A stretch of 64,000 nucleotides of DNA from Trichodelitschia bisporula (lineage: Eukaryota), in the NCBI GenBank assembly GCA_010356995.1, contig ML996687.1, positions 187,803 to 251,802 of the forward strand, written 5' to 3'. The translations under genes and the position numbers were made by a program. Shown here one piece after another: positions 57,319-64,000 of this stretch. Numbering within the stretch: position 1 is the first letter of the stretch; every line of letters starts with the position of its first letter. Below the pieces are notes generated by a model. The model had not been told where the DNA came from. It made no database searches and saw only the letters and a list, made by a program, of their open reading frames with translations.

Positions 57319-60300
57319 ATGGGGAAGATCATCAAGACCGCGAGCGTGCGGCACGAGGCTACGCTGGTACGCTGGATTATTCCACCTGCTATTTTGACCG
57401 TCTCGCTGACATGGTTCTAGTCTCCTGCTCTCGCAGAGTTCATCCGTGAACTTTCGACCGGTAGCCTCAGCGGACTCGTGGAGCAACTGAACAGCTTCCC
57501 CGCATCATGGCCGTTTCCTCGTGGAGACCTTTATCACTGGATTCCCGTGCTGAACCGGTTTGATACTCTCCTCGACCAGTTCAACCGCGCCTATGGCCTG
57601 GACGAAGGACCGCAGACCTTGACAATCGGCCAGTCTACGCTTTTTGGAGTTGTCGACCAGCACCGGTCTTCGGACGACATCCTGCTGGAGTTTCCGAATA
57701 TGGAATCATTGCCTGCAAATGCCGACGAAGACTTGATCGAAGCTGTCCTCAGGTTCACGGCGTTACTTCTATCAAACTGCGGGAACCGCAGCCTGTACGC
57801 CAGTAGCGCCCATCTGAGCAACCTTCTGAACACGACATCGCGGCGATTGTTGATCGCAACCCTTCGAGTAGGTCTGTTGCTGGCCAAGCGCTACCATGCC
57901 TCCAAGCAGCGGTTATCATCGCTGAATGCTCCAACTGCTGCCTTGCTAACAAACCACTACAATATCAACCTAAACCATGTCCACAAGCTTGCGTCTGCGT
58001 TTGACACGGGCGCCCCGGCTGCTCGGCAACCAGTTTCCCCGTCAACCAAGAAGGATAAGATGGAGAACAAGCAGCAGCGGAATTCTCTCGGCGGCGCTGT
58101 GGACTCGACACCCCAGGGTGCCGATCTGGTGGCCATGGCTAAGGGGTTGGGCACAGACAAGACGTGGGAGCACTGGGGTACGGTGATGCTTACGTTCTAC
58201 GAAAATCCTCCGACTGCAAATGAGGAGCTCGAGGGAAACTCGCCAGATGTTTCTTCGGCGAGCCCTTCCGTTCGGCATCCCACACAAGCACCCGCGGCTT
58301 CGCGGACGTCTCGGCTGTCCCTGTCCGATGATTCTCCTTCAGCCCCCCGTGCCACAGGCGCAGAGTCTTGGCTCCCGTCTGCGCAGTCCAACTGGACCAC
58401 GATTGAAATCGACTATGAAGATATAGCCAATCGCCAACCAGAGGAACTTCTTGAGGAATACTTGCCGAAGGTTCCGGATAGCATGAAGTACGAACTCCTT
58501 CACCGTATCCGTACTGCCCAAGCCATCTACTCTGGACAGGCTAGTCGTGATGACGCAGTGGCAATCCGTCTTTTGGCGATCGCCAATCTAGCTTATGTCG
58601 AGGGTGAGACGCCATTCCAGCAGAAGATTTCGCAGCCGGATTTAGAAGAGCCTCGTCGTCTCCAGCTGGCCTATCAGCTTTCTGAGCTCGTACACCCTCA
58701 TGAGAGTGGCTCGCAGGTGTCCCTTGAGCTGCAAACCCTGGCTCTCAGCACCCTGGAGGCACTGACGAAGCAAAAGACCAAGGCTCTGGATGTGTACACC
58801 GCACTCAGCGCAAATGTCAATCACGGCATCCTCTTCTATGTCGTTCGCCAGACGGTGGCTCAGCTGAGTGCTGAGGAGGACCCCGACAAGGCGCGGGAAC
58901 AGAAGACCGAGGAGTGGCGTGAGGCGCTGTTTGCCCTTCTTAATGGCCTCCCTCTCGCAATCGCGCGTGCGGGTGAAGCCATGGTATCCGCTGGTCTGCT
59001 GGATATTCTGGTGGAAATCCTGACCCTTCGGACCTCTAGAGCCGAGCGGGCGCAGTGGAAGGTGCTCAATTTCATGGACACTTTTATCTACTCTGTGCGT
59101 GAAGGGTACCAGTACCTTACCACAGCGAAAGGATTGGATGCCATTCGGGACCTGGCTGCCGATCTCGTAGAGTCGTCCTTTGCTCGTGCAGAGTCGGGAA
59201 ACGGCATGCCCGCGGAGTATCGGACACGGGTTACCGACTACAAGATTCCCTTCTACCAGCAGTTGACGCTTCGCTGGCTGTTCAAGTTCCTCGGCCACTT
59301 ACAGTCGACCAATACCGGGAATTTTAGCCGTCAACTCCGCAATCTGATAGATTCTCCGCCCATCCTCAAGAGCCTACGCCAGGTAATCGGCAATGGATCC
59401 GTCTACGGATCCACTGTGTGGAGCGGCGCCGTGAACATCATGAGCAGCTTCATCCACAATGAGCCGACGAGCTACGCTGTCATTGCTGAATCTCGCCTCG
59501 GGGAGACCTTCCTCGAGGCTATCACGGCTAAGTCGGATGACCCGAACTCGCCTGTTCCGGGAATCATGCCGGTTTTTGAAGCAATCATGGCGGTACCGAC
59601 TGCCTTTGGAGCTCTTTGCCTGAACGAAGCAGGCATGAGGGCCTTGCGCCAATCCGGGGCGCTGCGGCATTTCTTCAAGATCTTTGAAAGCGCAGCCCAT
59701 GTTGAGGTTATGGATCAGGAAGACATGCCATCCTCGCTGGGTCACGCTATTGATGAACTTGCTCGTCACCAACCGGACCTGAAGGAGTCCATCATCAAGG
59801 CCGTTCGCGACATGGTGGAAGAAGTGGGCAAGTTCTGCACGGAGAAGGCCGAAGCTGGGTTTGGAGCCAAGCTGTGGGTGGGCGACCAAACTACTGGACT
59901 GCATGTCGCAGGTGGGAAAGGTGCACTTCGTGGACTTGACGCCCGTCACCGTCCCTCAGAAGCGTCTGGTGGCACTATGGAAGTCGACCGTCAACTAGTG
60001 GCGGAGGCAGACAACGAGCCATTCCGCTGCGAGCCCGACCCTAAGGAAGTTGAGGAAGGCAAAGGTGGCCCCTATCCGACTGTCTACCTGTCTGTCGCCA
60101 GTCGGTTCGTTTGGGGGGTTTTCAACAACACCTCCTTATGCCATAGTTTCCTGCTGGGTGCAAGCGGCTTTGAGTATGTCCTGGACTTTGCAACCTCGCC
60201 GTGCCTGCCGTTCAGCTTTGACCTTTACCGTTGCAACAATCTCTACGATCAACTGGGTCGTATGATTCAGAATTTTGTCGAAGCTAAGCCTCATCTCACC

Positions 60301-63300
60301 CTTCCATCCATCATCAAGCGCTTGGATGCTGCTGTCACAGAGCTATCTCCCCTTGTGCAGCACGACACGAATGATGCCTTCTTTTCTCGGTTCACCAGCA
60401 CCACAAACTCTCCCAACACCGAGGACAGGGTAATCAGGAGCGGCACCACCTATGCGAAAGCTCTCGTGACAGTCCACACACTCTGCGGCGTGTTGTCGGT
60501 TACATTCAACAGCCATATATTTAATCCCCGCTCGCAGACCAACTTCTTCACGCAAGTAAACTTGGCCGACATGTACGTTCGGTTGCTGAAAGGACTTGGG
60601 CGGCTGCACCGGAGCTGCATCTGGGAAGAAATCTTGCTCTTGAAAGGAATGCCCGCCAAATGGGCCGACGCTTCGAAAGTGAGCAGCATGGGCTTCGGGG
60701 TCGATGAAGCCGACGACATCCTGGGCATTGGACAGCATCAGTGGCGTCCGGGCTCCGGGACGCGCCGTACTTCGGGCAGCAACTCGGCAGCGAATCCAGC
60801 TTCTGGCACTGAGGAGCCTGACCTCGCGAGCGCGCAGTTTGAGAATACTCGCATCCTTCGCAATCTCCTATACCAGAGTGCCCTTTCCATTTCCACCTTT
60901 TGCCAATCGCTCGGCCGCACACTCTTGGTTCGTCGGGTTAGCGACTCCTACCAGCGCCAAAATGCCGTTCGGGTTGCCGACCAGATGGCCAACTCCATGC
61001 TCGAAGAGCTCCGCTTTGCACTGCCCAAGGCCAGTCCCAATGCCAAGGACCGGTACTCGTACTGGATCGTAATCCTGACCACTGTGCACCAGCTGATGAT
61101 CGATGGTATGTGCTTCCCGTTTCTGTTTCGCGGGGATAGTAGCAACTGACATGTGCGAGATACATTAGATACTCCTGGGCCGCAAATCTTGACTCTGATC
61201 CTTCAGTCTTTCAAAAAGCAAGGCGGCTTCACCGCTTTGGAGGAGATTTTTACTAAGTTCTTCGATGCAGCTAAGGGCGGGGCCACCGACGCTGGAGATG
61301 AGGCTCCCCAGAACGAAGAGTCCGCCTTGATGAACTTGGCCATGGGAGGAATCAAGATCATCCTCCAGTTCTACTGCCAAATTGTCAACTCTCGATTCAT
61401 CAATGACGCCCACCAAACGCTGGCCATGACATCTAGTAGCCGATCGATGAACCGCGAGAGGCCTGATTTCTTCTCCACCGCACAATTTCTGGTTGAACTG
61501 CGGATGGCAGTTGTAAAACCGGTTCGGCAGATGTGGGACGAACCCGACACCGGCTTTATTAAGAAGGCAACTACCTCCATCGTTAAGAGCCTTGTAGACG
61601 TCTTGCGGACCATCCTCGAGAGTGATTCCGAGAACGGTGCTTTCACGCGCTCCGAAAAGATCTCTCAAGGTTCCAAGCCGGAGCCTAGGAAGTGGGCTAT
61701 CAAGCACAAAGAAGTGTTCCGAGATCTCAGCTTGAGCTACGACGAGGATTTGGTTCGCGAAGCCTTGTTTCGGTGCTACGATAATGGGGAGAACGCTCGG
61801 GAATACTGTCAGGCACTAAATACGGATCCTCGGATCAGCCGCAACCCCATTCCTATGGATGATGTCCAAAGCTCGCCGCCATCTCGGAGTCCTGCAACCG
61901 TGCCTGCTTCAGCAATCTTGTCGCCGAACGATATCATATCTGCATTGACCACCAACTCGGACGTGGCAAGCATTCCAGACTTGGAAAACTTCACGTCCAG
62001 CTACCTGAGAGACAGCGGCCACGACACCCCCGTTTTCCCTCCACATCTTACACAACCAACTCGTACCAGTGCGTCACGGTCGTCGAGCCATGACGAAGGA
62101 GTTGAAGCTGGGAATATCCCGGGTGTTGTCACCGTGGATGATTTGAACGAAGAGCGGGAGCTGATTCGGGAGGATGCAATTGATCGCTGCTTGGATGTTC
62201 TGAGCACCCACGACGATGTCACCTTTGAGCTTGCGGAGCTCATCGCCGCTGCGGTGCTGAAGGCTCCTGGGCAGTCTACATTACGATCGGACATCGGCAC
62301 AACGCTTTTGCATTCTCTCCTCTCCCTGCAGCCCGATGGTGTTGAGCCCGCGCAGGCCAAGAAGATTGCAACATACGCTCATCTATTTGGGCTCGTTCTC
62401 CAAGATAGGCGGTTCTACGAGGATACGCGTGCCCAGTTGCTCGACGAATTCGCCTCGTTAGTTGACTTCGTCAAGCTTGATCCTGCCACTAAAACTCAGA
62501 ATGCAGTCACCTGGGTTGGCCAGGTCCTTCTCATTCTTGAGCGGCTGCTCTCAGAAGATGCTGAGCCGGCTCAAATCGACCACAAAATTCCCGGCCCAGA
62601 TGAGGTCATCAAGGATACTCCCATTATCGTGTACAAGCCGCTTATTCCCCACGAGAATAAGTTCAAGCTATTCAACGCTGTCCTCGATATCCTGCCGCAC
62701 ATCGGAAAAGATGACACTCTGGCGCTGTCGGTCGCTCGGATTCTGGTGATCCTCACGCGGGATAGGAAGCTGGCGATGGCCCTCGGAGAGAAGAACAATA
62801 TGCGTCGTCTTTTCACCATGATCAAGCAACTTCACGGAGTAACGAATGAGCGATTGCAAGGCGCCATAATGCTGGTACTGCGCCACATCATCGAAGATGC
62901 AGACACGATCCGTCAGATCATGCGTAGCGAGATACAGGCGATGTTCGAAGGCAAACAGCGGCGTGACACCGATACGACTGCGTACATCCGGGCCATGCAT
63001 CACCTTGTCCTTCGGTCTCCAGACATCTTTGTGGAAGTCACCAACGAGAAGCTCATGTTTAAGCAATACGATACACGTCAGAATCACCAAACGCTTGTGT
63101 TGAAGAAGGAGCCTCCAGCCGAGGAGTCGACAGACCAGAAGGGCAAGGACGCTACCGAGCCCGTTAGCGCTTCCAACAAGGACGAGCCAGAAGTTGAAAA
63201 GTCGAAGCCCGAGCTAAAGATGCCTGTTGTGGAAAATCCGGACGGAGTCGTTCACTTCATCCTCAGCGAGTTGCTCAACTATCGGGACGTTCCAGACATC

Positions 63301-64000
63301 GAAGTGTCGCAAGAAAAGCCAAAGGATTCCGGTACCACCGATGTCGAGATGGCGAACGCTGAGACCGGCACCAGCTCGGATAAGCCAGCCACTCCCAAGC
63401 CGGAGAAGAAATCCGAGAAGTCCGAATTCAAGATAGAAGACCACCCGATCTTCACCTATCGATGCTTTTTGCTGCAATGTCTGACCGAGCTCCTCTCCTG
63501 CTACAACCGTGCGAAGATCGAGTTTATCAACTATAAACGCAAAGCAGATCCTGTGGGAACGACGCCTTCGAAGCCTCGCTCACACGTTCTGAACTACCTT
63601 CTCAACGGCTTGATCCCCATTGGCACCCTGGAGCATCCAGATAGCATTGCCGCCAAAAAGAAGGTTGCCACTTCAGTCTGGGCCATGCTGGCGATCGTTG
63701 CGCTTTGCCAAAAGACGGGCGAGCGGGTTCACGTTCGGCTCGATCTTCTGACCACCCGGGATCTTTCCCACTCGGAAGAAGAATTTGAACTCTTTTACGT
63801 GAGGAAATTTGTGCTTGAGCATGCCTTGAAGGCATTCAAAGAGGTGCAGTCGAATACCTCAGAATCTCTTGATCAAAAGTACTCTCATCTCATGAATTTG
63901 GCGGACCTGTTCCAGCGCATGCTTACTAGCAAACCCAACGGCGGTAGCAGCAACAACGCACACCTGACCGACCGGTTTATGTTTTCTCAGCGTTTGCTTA
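57319..64000 (+). CDS. tom1: HECT E3 ubiquitin ligase Tom1/HUWE1, N-terminal part (runs off the window)
   Basis: MGKIIKTASVRHEATL|SPAL..; WPFPRGDLYHWIPVLNRFD, NCGNRSLYASS (DUF908) and SSFIHNEPTSY (DUF913); intron at about 61105-61168, then open frame to the window end. Confidence 0.93.

Overview
Gene-dense, GC-rich, intron-containing eukaryotic DNA from a filamentous ascomycete (GT..CTAAC/CTGAC..AG introns of about 50-60 nt; the Dothideomycete-like assignment is an impression only). About 22 protein genes can be supported: a partial pectinesterase, cytochrome c, Vps39/Vam6, Gon7, HbrB/Bit61, an acyltransferase-3, pyruvate dehydrogenase kinase, two tandem paralogues sharing an uncharacterised C-terminal beta motif, a DUF2470 protein, a GPI cupredoxin, a HAUS4/augmin-like protein, a small secreted Cys protein, Utp5, Bdf1, Rvb1, a Ras-like-domain/RasGEF fusion, an AA9 LPMO, a GH5 mannanase and the 5' part of Tom1/HUWE1. 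There are also scrambled hAT transposase relics. The strongest non-coding signal is a candidate telomerase RNA gene in the ORF-poor gap upstream of cytochrome c: a TATA box, a CCCTAACCCTAA template and many stems. Other leads are a second structured segment near 19.5 kb, a 1.5 kb almost ATG-free leader on BDF1, degenerate 179-bp and ~165-bp repeats, and a strong C-rich 5'/G-rich 3' polarity across transcription units. All calls were made by eye without database searches, and exon boundaries are inferred from splice consensus.
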